Sequence record: HE978309
Strand: one strand, 5' to 3'
DNA: 64,000 nt
DNA from: Enterobacteria phage GEC-3S
Below are positions 56,022-64,000 of this stretch, piece by piece. Made by a program: the position numbers and the translations under genes. Numbering within the stretch: the first letter of the stretch is position 1; the number at the start of each line of letters is the position of its first letter. A model generated the notes under the pieces. The model worked only from the letters and a program-made list of their open reading frames with translations, was not told the DNA's origin and made no database searches.

Positions 56022-58022
56022 ATGACTCTATTATCACCGGGTTTCGAAACGAAAGAAACTACTCTCTCCACTACCATTGTGCAATCTGCGACTGGTCGCG
56101 CGGCACTGGTAGGTAAATTCCAATGGGGTCCAGCTTTCCAGATTATTCAAGTAACTAATGAAGTTGAATTAGTTAATAAATTTGGTCAGCCGGATAATAA
56201 CACCGCAGACTATTTCATGAGCGGGGCTAACTTCCTCCAGTACGGTAATGATCTGCGTGTTGTTCGTGTATTGAATAAAGAAAAAGCGAAAAACGCAACC
56301 GCACTGGCTGGTAACGTCGAGTTTGAAATCACAAACGAAGGTTCAAACTATGAAGTAGGCGATACCATCAAGATTAAACATAACCGTCAAGATATTGAAA
56401 CGGCGGGTAAAGTAACTAAAGTTGATGGTGATGGTAAAGTTAAGGGCGTATTTATCCCAACTGGTAAAATTATCGCTCACGCTAAAGCAATCGGTGTATA
56501 TCCAGAACTTGGTGGCGATTGGACGGCAGAGTTCACTTCTTCGTCGGGTAACGGTAGTGCGGCGCTGTCAATAACGAAAATTGTTACTGATTCCGGTCTT
56601 CTGTTAACGGATCTGGAAACTTCCCGCGCCAATATCACAAATCAAACTTTCTTGACTAAACTCCAGAAGTATGATATGCCAGCGGTAAGCGCGATCTATG
56701 CTGGTGAGATTGGCAACTCGCTGGAAGTTGAAATTCTGGCACGTAGTGCGTTTAAGAACACAGCACCGGATCTGACCATGTATCCTTATGGTGGCGAGCG
56801 CACCGCAGCACGCAACCTGATTCCATATGCACCGCAGAATGATAATCAATATGCATTTATTGTTCGTCGCGATGGTGTTGTGGTAGAATCCTATGTACTG
56901 TCTACTCTGAAAGGGGATAAAGACGTATATGGCAATTCTATCTACATGGACGACTTCTTTGGTCGTGGTTCTAGCCAGTACATCTATGCAACCGCTCAAG
57001 GGTGGGTAGATGGTTTCAGTGGTATTATCTCTCTTGCCGGTGGTGTTTCTGCTAACGAAGCAACGACGGGTGGAGTTGGTGCTGATCCGTTCATCGGTGC
57101 GATGATGCAAGGTTGGGATCTGTTTGCTGAACGAGAATCTATTCACGTAAACCTGTTGATCGCTGGTGCATGTGCTGGCGAAGGCGATGCGTTCTCTACC
57201 GTACAGAAACATGCTGTTTCCATCGGTGATGAGCGTCAGGATTGCTTAGTAATGGTTTCTCCTCCGCGTAGCACTGTTGTTAATATTCCGGTGACTACTG
57301 CAATTGATAACCTGATTGCATGGCGCGAAGGTTCAGGAAACTATAATGAAAACAACATGAACATTAATACCACTTACGCGGTTATTGATGGTAACTACAA
57401 ATATCAGTATGACAAATACAACGACGTAAACCGTTGGGTTCCGTTGGCTGCTGATATTGCTGGTTTGTGCGCTCGTACTGATGCTGTATCCCAGCCGTGG
57501 ATGAGTCCGGCAGGTTATAACCGTGGTCAGATCATGAACGTGGTTAAACTGGCAATTGAGCCTCGCAAGGCGCACCGCGATCGTCTGTATCAGGCCGCAA
57601 TTAACCCGGTGATCGGTGCTGGCGGTGAAGGGTTTATCCTGATGGGTGATAAAACCGCTACGACTGTTCCTAGCCCGTTTGACCGCATTAACGTTCGTCG
57701 TCTGTTTAACATGCTGAAAAAGAATATCGGTGATTCAAGCAAATACAAACTGTTTGAAAACAACGATAACTTTACTCGCGCTTCCTTCCGTATGGAGGTT
57801 TCGCAATATCTCAGCACGATTCGCTCTCTGGGTGGCATTTATGACTTCCGAGTACAATGCGACACCACGAATAACACGCCGGATGTAATTGATCGTAACG
57901 AATTTGTTGCTAGTATGTTCATTAAACCAGCAAAATCGATCAACTATATCATGCTCAATTTCACTGCTGTTGCAACTGGTTCTGATTTTGACGAAATTAT
58001 CGGTCCAGCTAACCAGGCATAA
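56022..58022 (+). CDS. 18: tail sheath protein gp18
   Basis: 666 aa; position and size as T4 gp18. Confidence 0.95.
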   Translation: MTLLSPGFETKETTLSTTIVQSATGRAALVGKFQWGPAFQIIQVTNEVELVNKFGQPDNNTADYFMSGANFLQYGNDLRVVRVLNKEKAKNATALAGNVEFEITNEGSNYEVGDTIKIKHNRQDIETAGKVTKVDGDGKVKGVFIPTGKIIAHAKAIGVYPELGGDWTAEFTSSSGNGSAALSITKIVTDSGLLLTDLETSRANITNQTFLTKLQKYDMPAVSAIYAGEIGNSLEVEILARSAFKNTAPDLTMYPYGGERTAARNLIPYAPQNDNQYAFIVRRDGVVVESYVLSTLKGDKDVYGNSIYMDDFFGRGSSQYIYATAQGWVDGFSGIISLAGGVSANEATTGGVGADPFIGAMMQGWDLFAERESIHVNLLIAGACAGEGDAFSTVQKHAVSIGDERQDCLVMVSPPRSTVVNIPVTTAIDNLIAWREGSGNYNENNMNINTTYAVIDGNYKYQYDKYNDVNRWVPLAADIAGLCARTDAVSQPWMSPAGYNRGQIMNVVKLAIEPRKAHRDRLYQAAINPVIGAGGEGFILMGDKTATTVPSPFDRINVRRLFNMLKKNIGDSSKYKLFENNDNFTRASFRMEVSQYLSTIRSLGGIYDFRVQCDTTNNTPDVIDRNEFVASMFIKPAKSINYIMLNFTAVATGSDFDEIIGPANQA

Positions 58023-58095
58023 TCAGTAAATTAGCATAGATTAAAAGTTAAATCAAGCGGGGAGAAAATCCCCGCTCTATTAAGGAATATCAATT

Positions 58096-58590
58096 ATGGC
58101 ACTCGATTTGAATGATATTACACGCGGTTTCGAGTCTGGCGATTTTGCTCGTCCTAACCTGTTTGAAGTTGAGATCCCGTATTTGGGGCAAAACTTTAAG
58201 CTGATGTGTAAGGCTGCGACTGTCCCGGCTGCTACCGTAGAAAAAATTGCTATAGGCTATCAAAACCGTAAAATTAACATCGCTGGCGACCGTGTATACG
58301 ACGACTGGACCATCACTGTATTCAACGATGACGCACACAAGATCCGTGATGCTATCGTTGCGTGGAGCGATCAGACACATGGCACAGGTTCGGCGATCAC
58401 TGGTGCAACTCCTGCACAATATAAGAAACAAGCTATTGTTCGTCAACTTAACCGCAACACCGAATCAACTAGCGAAAAAACATTGTACGGTATTTTCCCG
58501 ACCAACGTTGGTGAAGTAACCCTCGATTGGGAACAAAACAACGAAGTTGAAACGTTTGAAGTTACTTTTGCTATCGATTGGGTAGAATAA
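58096..58590 (+). CDS. 19: tail tube protein gp19
   Basis: 164 aa; N-terminus RGFESGDFARPNLFEVEIPYLGQNF resembles T4 gp19. Confidence 0.95.
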   Translation: MALDLNDITRGFESGDFARPNLFEVEIPYLGQNFKLMCKAATVPAATVEKIAIGYQNRKINIAGDRVYDDWTITVFNDDAHKIRDAIVAWSDQTHGTGSAITGATPAQYKKQAIVRQLNRNTESTSEKTLYGIFPTNVGEVTLDWEQNNEVETFEVTFAIDWVE

Positions 58591-58648
58591 ATATATTATC
58601 ATGCGGGGAGAAGTTCCCCGCCTAATTTCTCCCAATTCGAGGTGAATA

Positions 58649-60214
58649 ATGTTTAGTAGATTAAAAATGCTTGCGCGTTGGGCTGATTTTGACAACGACA
58701 AATACGAAGAACAAATTAAAGATAAAGCAGAGTCTATCGCCGCACCTAAAAACAATGATGGTGCTACGGAAGTAGAAATTAATGATAATTTACCTGCTAG
58801 CGCGTGGAACTCTCTTACCCAGCAATTTTACAGCACCGACCAGAAAATCAGCACAACTAAGCAATTAGTTAACACATATCGCGGTTTGATGAATAACCAT
58901 GAAGTCGAAAACGCTGTACAAAATATCGTTAACGATGCGATTGTATTTGAAGAAGGTCATGAAGTTGTTTCATTAAATCTTGAGGCGACTGGCTTTAGTG
59001 AATCTGTAAAAGAGCGCATTCATGAAGAATTTAAAGATCTTTTAAACACTATCCAGTTTGATAGGCGCGGTCAGGATATGTTCCGTCGCTGGTATGTCGA
59101 TTCGCGTATTTTCTTCCATAAAATCATCGGCAAAAATCCAAAAGATGGTATCGTAGAATTGCGCCAGCTTGACCCACGTAATCTTGAATATGTTCGCGAG
59201 ATCATTACAGAAGACACACCGGAAGGTAAAATTTATAAAGCAACGAAAGAATATTTCATTTACACCGTAGGCAATAGTTCTTATTGCGCGGGTGGTCAAG
59301 TATTCTCTCCTAATAGTCGCGTTAAAATCCCTCGTAGTGCTATTACATACGCTCACAGCGGCTTGATGGATTGTGATGATAAATATATCATTGGTTATTT
59401 GCATCGGGCTGTTAAGCCAGCAAACCAGCTTAAATTGTTGGAAGACGCAATGGTCGTTTATCGTATCACGCGTGCACCGGAACGCCGAGTGTTCTTTATT
59501 GATACCGGAAACATGAACAACCGCAAGGCTGCACAGCACATGAACTCAGTGGCACAGTCTTTTAAAAACCGCGTTGTTTATGATGCATCGACTGGTAAAC
59601 TTAAAAACCAGCAAGCAAATCTATCAATGACAGAGGACTACTGGTTACAGCGTCGAGATGGTAAAGCAATCACCGACGTTACTACTTTACCAGGTGCATC
59701 CGGTATGAGTGATATCGATGATATTCGCTACTTTAACCGTAAATTGTATGAAGCGTTGCGTGTGCCATTGTCACGCAGCAATCTCTCCGATGCTAATATG
59801 GTGATCGGTGGTGATGGTTCAGAAATTACTCGCGATGAGTTGGAATTTTCGAAATTCATTAGAACTCTGCAATCACAGTTTTCGGAAGTATTGCGCGATC
59901 CTCTGAAATATAATCTGATTCTCAAAAATGTAATTACGGAAGATGATTGGGATCGTGAAATAAATAATATCAAGGTGGTTTTCCATCGGGACTCTTACTA
60001 TACAGAAGTTAAAGACGCGGAAATTTTAGAACGTCGAATCGGTCTAATCGAACGTATTACACCTTACATTGGTAAGTATTTCTCTAACCAGACAGTGATG
60101 CGTGACATTCTGAAATATACCGATGACCAGATGGACACCGAGAAGAAACAGATCGAAGAAGAAGCGAACGATCCGCGCTTTAAACAAACTCCCGATGAAA
60201 TAGAGGATTTTTAA
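58649..60214 (+). CDS. 20: portal vertex protein gp20
   Basis: 521 aa; RRWYVDSRIFFHKII and MTEDYWLQRRDGKA resemble T4 gp20. Confidence 0.95.
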   Translation: MFSRLKMLARWADFDNDKYEEQIKDKAESIAAPKNNDGATEVEINDNLPASAWNSLTQQFYSTDQKISTTKQLVNTYRGLMNNHEVENAVQNIVNDAIVFEEGHEVVSLNLEATGFSESVKERIHEEFKDLLNTIQFDRRGQDMFRRWYVDSRIFFHKIIGKNPKDGIVELRQLDPRNLEYVREIITEDTPEGKIYKATKEYFIYTVGNSSYCAGGQVFSPNSRVKIPRSAITYAHSGLMDCDDKYIIGYLHRAVKPANQLKLLEDAMVVYRITRAPERRVFFIDTGNMNNRKAAQHMNSVAQSFKNRVVYDASTGKLKNQQANLSMTEDYWLQRRDGKAITDVTTLPGASGMSDIDDIRYFNRKLYEALRVPLSRSNLSDANMVIGGDGSEITRDELEFSKFIRTLQSQFSEVLRDPLKYNLILKNVITEDDWDREINNIKVVFHRDSYYTEVKDAEILERRIGLIERITPYIGKYFSNQTVMRDILKYTDDQMDTEKKQIEEEANDPRFKQTPDEIEDF

Positions 60215-60457
60215 ATGAAACAATTTATCGAAGCAATTAAAACTCGCGATCTAACGCTGATCGAAAAAGAATTTGATAAGATCATGGAGGCTAAAAAAGC
60301 CCAGATCATCGAATCCCAGCGTGTCGAAATCGCATCCAGTATCATGATCGAAGGTGAAGAAGAAAAAGACCGCGATGATGAAAAAGATATGGATGATGAG
60401 GACGACGAAGACGAAGATCGCAAAGACGATAAAAAAGACAAAGAAGACGACGAATAA
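60215..60457 (+). CDS. 67: prohead core protein gp67
   Basis: 80 aa with acidic C-terminal tail; position after gene 20. Confidence 0.75.
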   Translation: MKQFIEAIKTRDLTLIEKEFDKIMEAKKAQIIESQRVEIASSIMIEGEEEKDRDDEKDMDDEDDEDEDRKDDKKDKEDDE

Positions 60458-60469
60458 TAGGAAGCCAAC

Positions 60470-60877
60470 ATGATTAAAGATTTTACTCCTAAAGCTGACT
60501 TAGAAACTTTTCTGCCGGAAGCACAGGAAAAATTGGACATGTTGGCTATGTTTGAGTCAGAAGAACTATTGAAAATCGTTGAAGGTATCTCCGAGGATGA
60601 GCCGGAACTGGCGGTAGCAATGCTGTCTATCATCGACGGAATTACTGTAAATGAAGCAATGGTTAAACATGTAAACGCACGCGGGGAAGTTGCACGTAAG
60701 AAAGATCGCAAAACCCGTGAGCGTAATGCTTACATGACTACTGGCCTAAGCAAAGCTAAACGCCGTCAAATTGCCCGTCGTGCTGCAAAAACCAAACGTG
60801 CAAATCCATCTATCGAACGTTATGCGGAACGTAAGCGCAAAAAAGCAATGCGTAAACGTAAGGCGTTAGGATTATAA
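60470..60877 (+). CDS. 68: prohead core protein gp68
   Basis: 135 aa with basic C-terminal tail; position before gene 21. Confidence 0.75.
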   Translation: MIKDFTPKADLETFLPEAQEKLDMLAMFESEELLKIVEGISEDEPELAVAMLSIIDGITVNEAMVKHVNARGEVARKKDRKTRERNAYMTTGLSKAKRRQIARRAAKTKRANPSIERYAERKRKKAMRKRKALGL

Positions 60878-60888
60878 CAGGAAACAAC

Positions 60889-61584
60889 ATGGAAAAGAAC
60901 GAATTACTGATCGAACAATGGGGCGTTCCTTGTGCTCGCGGTAGTTCGTCATTGCTTGAATCATTTGATGATAAGGCTACAGGAAATCTCTATATTCAAG
61001 GGATTTTCCTGCAAGCCGAAACAGTAAACCGTAATAAACGCTGGTATCCTCGCAGTGTTCTAGAAAATGCGGTTACTAAATACATACATGAACAAGTTGA
61101 GACACATCAAGCTCTAGGCGAACTTAATCACCCAGCAAGAGCAATGCCAGATCCATCTAATGCTTGCATCATAATTGAAAAATTATGGTGGGAAGGTAAT
61201 AACGTGATGGGTAAAGCCCGTGTTATTGAAGGGGATAAAGGCGCAGGTGATAAACTTGCTGCACTGATTCGCGCTGGCTGGATTCCTGGCGTTTCATCCC
61301 GTGGATTGGGTCGTTTGAAAGACTCAGGTCGCGGATACAATATTGTACAGGAAGGTTTTGTGTTGACGGTTGGTGTTGATGTTGTATGGGGTCCGAGCGC
61401 ACCAGATGCGTGGGTAACTCCGGTGGTTGAGTCAACGGATAGCGATTCTAGCGCGTCAGACGCACCAGAAAGCGATAAAACCGAAAAAGTGACTAACCCT
61501 ACAGCCTCACAACAAAACATCGTAGAATCGAATAATAGCGCGTTTATGGCGCTCGCAGAAGCGTTATCTAAACGCTATAAATAA
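60889..61584 (+). CDS. 21: prohead core protease gp21
   Basis: GIFLQAE.VNRNKR, ALGELNHP, IRAGWIPGVSSRGLG resemble T4 gp21. Confidence 0.95.
   Translation: MEKNELLIEQWGVPCARGSSSLLESFDDKATGNLYIQGIFLQAETVNRNKRWYPRSVLENAVTKYIHEQVETHQALGELNHPARAMPDPSNACIIIEKLWWEGNNVMGKARVIEGDKGAGDKLAALIRAGWIPGVSSRGLGRLKDSGRGYNIVQEGFVLTVGVDVVWGPSAPDAWVTPVVESTDSDSSASDAPESDKTEKVTNPTASQQNIVESNNSAFMALAEALSKRYK
61576..61583 (+). promoter_or_regulatory. T4-type late promoter TATAAATA for gene 22
   Basis: exact TATAAATA overlapping the gene 21 stop. Confidence 0.65.
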
Positions 61585-61615
61585 TAACGTCGTTATCAAC
61601 AAGAAGGTTATAACC

Positions 61616-62410
61616 ATGCTTAAAGAAATGCTGCTCGAAGAAGCAAAACAGATCACCGTAGACGTTGCTCTCGATGACCTGTTTGAATCCGTCGAACTGT
61701 CGCCGGAAGTAAAAGAAAATTTTGGTACTATCTACGCTCAGGCGGTAAAAGCTAATGCTGTTGCACTGGCAGAAAGCCACATTGAAAAAATCGCCGCTAA
61801 AGCCGATGAACTGGTAGAATCAAAGGTCGAAGAAGCACGCACCGAGATTGAAACCAAACTGTACGAAGATGCAGATAAATTCCTGAATCACTTAGGCGCT
61901 AAATGGCTGGCAGAAAATAAAGAAGCCGTCACCCGTAATATTAAAGCGGATCTGTGCGAATCCCTGATTGGTTCTCTGAAAGATGTTTTCGTTACTCACA
62001 ATGTTGTAGTACCGGAAGAATCTGTAGACGTTGTTGCTGAACTTGACGAAGCACTCAAAGAAGAAAAAGAAAAAACCTCTGAACTCTTTGATGCCAAACT
62101 GCAACTTGAAAGCGAAATTCGTGGCATGAAGCGCGAACAAGCGATCAATGAAAGCACTCGTGATCTTTCCGATACTCAGAAAGAAAAAGTAACCGCGCTG
62201 ATTGAAGGTTTGGAATATAGCGAAACTTTCGATAAGAAATTAACTGCAATTGTCGAAATGGTTGCTAAGAAAGAAGACAAACCAGCGAAGATTGAAGAAT
62301 CACTAAATACTGATGCCGACAAGCTGAATGTTATTGCAGAAGCTGTCGAAGAATCAGAGAAAAAGGCAACTGTAGATTCCGGCGTATCCCGCTACCTGAA
62401 TTTCATCTAA
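61616..62410 (+). CDS. 22: prohead core scaffold protein gp22
   Basis: 264 aa acidic coiled-coil protein between genes 21 and 23. Confidence 0.85.
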   Translation: MLKEMLLEEAKQITVDVALDDLFESVELSPEVKENFGTIYAQAVKANAVALAESHIEKIAAKADELVESKVEEARTEIETKLYEDADKFLNHLGAKWLAENKEAVTRNIKADLCESLIGSLKDVFVTHNVVVPEESVDVVAELDEALKEEKEKTSELFDAKLQLESEIRGMKREQAINESTRDLSDTQKEKVTALIEGLEYSETFDKKLTAIVEMVAKKEDKPAKIEESLNTDADKLNVIAEAVEESEKKATVDSGVSRYLNFI

Positions 62411-62428
62411 TGTAATTCAAATCTACTT

Positions 62429-62436
62429 TATAAATA
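62429..62436 (+). promoter_or_regulatory. T4-type late promoter TATAAATA for gene 23
   Basis: exact TATAAATA 33 bp before the gene 23 ATG. Confidence 0.7.
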
Positions 62437-62469
62437 CTTTAGGTTAACAACAAACAAGGTTTAAAGAAC

Positions 62470-64000
62470 ATGAAAACTACCAAAGAACTGATGGAAAAAT
62501 GGTCCCCGCTGCTGGAGAACGAAAAACTGCCGGAAATCGCAACTGCGTCTAAGCAGAAACTGGTTGCTAAAATTCTGGAATCTCAGGAAGCGGATTTTGC
62601 TGTAGACCCGATCTATAAGGATGAAAAAGTTGTTGAAGCATTCGGTGGCTTTATCGCAGAAGCCGAAGTTGCTGGCGACCACGGTTATGACGCATCTCAG
62701 ATCGCGGCTGGTCAGACTACTGGTGCAATCACTAACGTAGGTCCGGCTGTTATCGGTATGGTTCGCCGTGCTATCCCTAACCTGATCGCATTTGATATTT
62801 GTGGTGTTCAGCCGATGAGCACTCCGACTAGCCAGATCTTTGCAATCCGTTCTGTATACGGTCCAGATCCGCTGGCAGGTGGCAATGCTCAGAATGTTCG
62901 TGAAGCATTCCATCCGATGTATGCACCTGATGCGTTCCATAGCTCTCTTGCTGCTAAAGGTGCAGCTGTAGGTTCTCCGACCGGGACTCCGTTTGCTAAA
63001 CTAACTATCAATACTCAGATTGAAGCAGGTGATATTGTACACCACACCTTCGCAGAAACTGGCATTGCATATCTGCAAAACGTTACCGCTGGCGCAGTAA
63101 CCCCGACCAAAGCTGGCAGCGAGTCAGATGATGAAGTTGTCATGAAGCTGATGGAAGAAGGTAAACTGGCTGAAATCGCTTTCGGTATGGCGACTTCCAT
63201 TGCCGAAATTCAGGAAGGCTTTAACGGTTCCAGCAATAACCCGTGGGCTGAAATGTCAATGCGTATTGACAAACAGGTTGTTGAAGCGAAATCTCGCCAA
63301 TTGAAAGCCCGTTACTCTATCGAAGTTGCGCAGGATCTGCGTGCTGTACACGGTATGGATGCTGACGCTGAACTGAATGCTATCCTGGCTAACGAAGTTC
63401 TGCTTGAAATCAACCGTGAAATCGTTGACGTCATCAACTTTACCGCTCAGGTTGGTAAGACTGGTATGACTCAGACCGTTGGTTCTAAAGCTGGTGTATT
63501 TGACCTGCAAGACCCGATTGATACTCGCGGTGCTCGTTGGGCTGGTGAATCCTTCAAATCTCTGATCTACCAGATCGACAAAGAAGCTGCTGAAATCGCT
63601 CGTCAGACTGGTCGCGGTGCTGGTAACTTTGTTATCGCTTCCCGTAACGTTGTAAACATTCTGGCTTCTGCTGATCAGGGTATCAGTCTTGCTATGCAGG
63701 GTGCTGCAAAAGGTCTGAATACCGACACCACTAAAGCTGTTTTCGCTGGTGTTCTGGCTGGTAAGTACAAAGTATTCATCGACCAGTATGCTCGTCAGGA
63801 CTACTTCACCGTAGGTTACAAAGGCGATAACGAAATGGATGCTGGTATCTACTATGCTCCGTATGTTGCTCTGACTCCGCTGCGTGCAACTGATCCGCAG
63901 TCTTTCCACCCGGTTCTGGGCTTCAAGACTCGCTATGGCATCGGTATTAACCCGTTTGCAGACAGCAAATCCCAGGCACCGTCCGCTCGCATCACCTCCG
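62470..64000 (+). CDS. 23: major capsid protein gp23 (3' end truncated by the window)
   Basis: ATG at 62470 behind AAGG; VRRAIPNLIAFDICGVQPM, NEMDAGIYYAPYVALTPLR resemble T4 gp23; frame open to the window end; absent from the ORF track. Confidence 0.95.
   Translation, partial: MKTTKELMEKWSPLLENEKLPEIATASKQKLVAKILESQEADFAVDPIYKDEKVVEAFGGFIAEAEVAGDHGYDASQIAAGQTTGAITNVGPAVIGMVRRAIPNLIAFDICGVQPMSTPTSQIFAIRSVYGPDPLAGGNAQNVREAFHPMYAPDAFHSSLAAKGAAVGSPTGTPFAKLTINTQIEAGDIVHHTFAETGIAYLQNVTAGAVTPTKAGSESDDEVVMKLMEEGKLAEIAFGMATSIAEIQEGFNGSSNNPWAEMSMRIDKQVVEAKSRQLKARYSIEVAQDLRAVHGMDADAELNAILANEVLLEINREIVDVINFTAQVGKTGMTQTVGSKAGVFDLQDPIDTRGARWAGESFKSLIYQIDKEAAEIARQTGRGAGNFVIASRNVVNILASADQGISLAMQGAAKGLNTDTTKAVFAGVLAGKYKVFIDQYARQDYFTVGYKGDNEMDAGIYYAPYVALTPLRATDPQSFHPVLGFKTRYGIGINPFADSKSQAPSARITS

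Noticed and set aside
56604-57212. 202-aa minus-strand ORF inside gene 18
   Set aside because: Entirely antisense to the well-supported tail sheath gene; no promoter or ribosome-binding site.
60211-60711. Serine-rich 166-aa minus-strand ORF
   Set aside because: Antisense to the acidic tails of genes 67 and 68 inside the late plus-strand operon; low complexity, no start signals.
62461-62940. 159-aa minus-strand ORF
   Set aside because: Antisense to the major capsid gene 23, which is missing from the ORF track only because it runs past the window end.

Overview
This window is a T4-like (Tevenvirinae-type) myovirus genome segment, collinear with T4 from nrdG to gene 23. All calls were made by eye from the sequence and the supplied ORF track; no database search was run, so product names rest on remembered motifs and T4 gene order. 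Regulatory-site coordinates are anchored to neighbouring ORF ends and may be off by 1-2 bp. Minus strand, 1 to about 32.9 kb: an early 'hyperplastic' region (nrdG, nrdD, endonuclease VII, nrdC-like redoxin, HNH-AP2 endonuclease, dam, many small ORFs, rI-like, tk, macro-domain protein, regB, nucleotidyltransferase-fold protein, GrcA-like glycyl-radical cofactor, M15 endolysin, a swarm of tiny membrane ORFs, 57B/Acb1-like, 57A, gene 1, then late genes 3, 2, 4). It carries at least 17 sigma70-type promoters (TTGACA, 16-18 bp, TATAAT-like), often paired with hairpin terminators and conserved leaders. Plus strand, 32.9 to 64 kb: the late structural module (53, 5, 5.1-position ORF, HNH-AP2 endonuclease, 5.4, 6, 7, 8, an inserted three-gene cassette, 9, 10, 11, 12, wac, 13-20, 67, 68, 21, 22, 23 truncated at the window end) with TATAAATA late promoters. 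Most notable: (1) a gp38-like glycine-rich tail-fibre adhesin gene inside the early region, bracketed by terminators; (2) an early-promoter-driven, terminator-bounded cassette ending in a SAM-dependent methyltransferase inserted between baseplate genes 8 and 9; (3) a cluster of likely host-takeover or counter-defence genes (Acb1-like, macro domain, nucleotidyltransferase fold, GrcA-like, dam). No CRISPR array, tRNA or intron was found.
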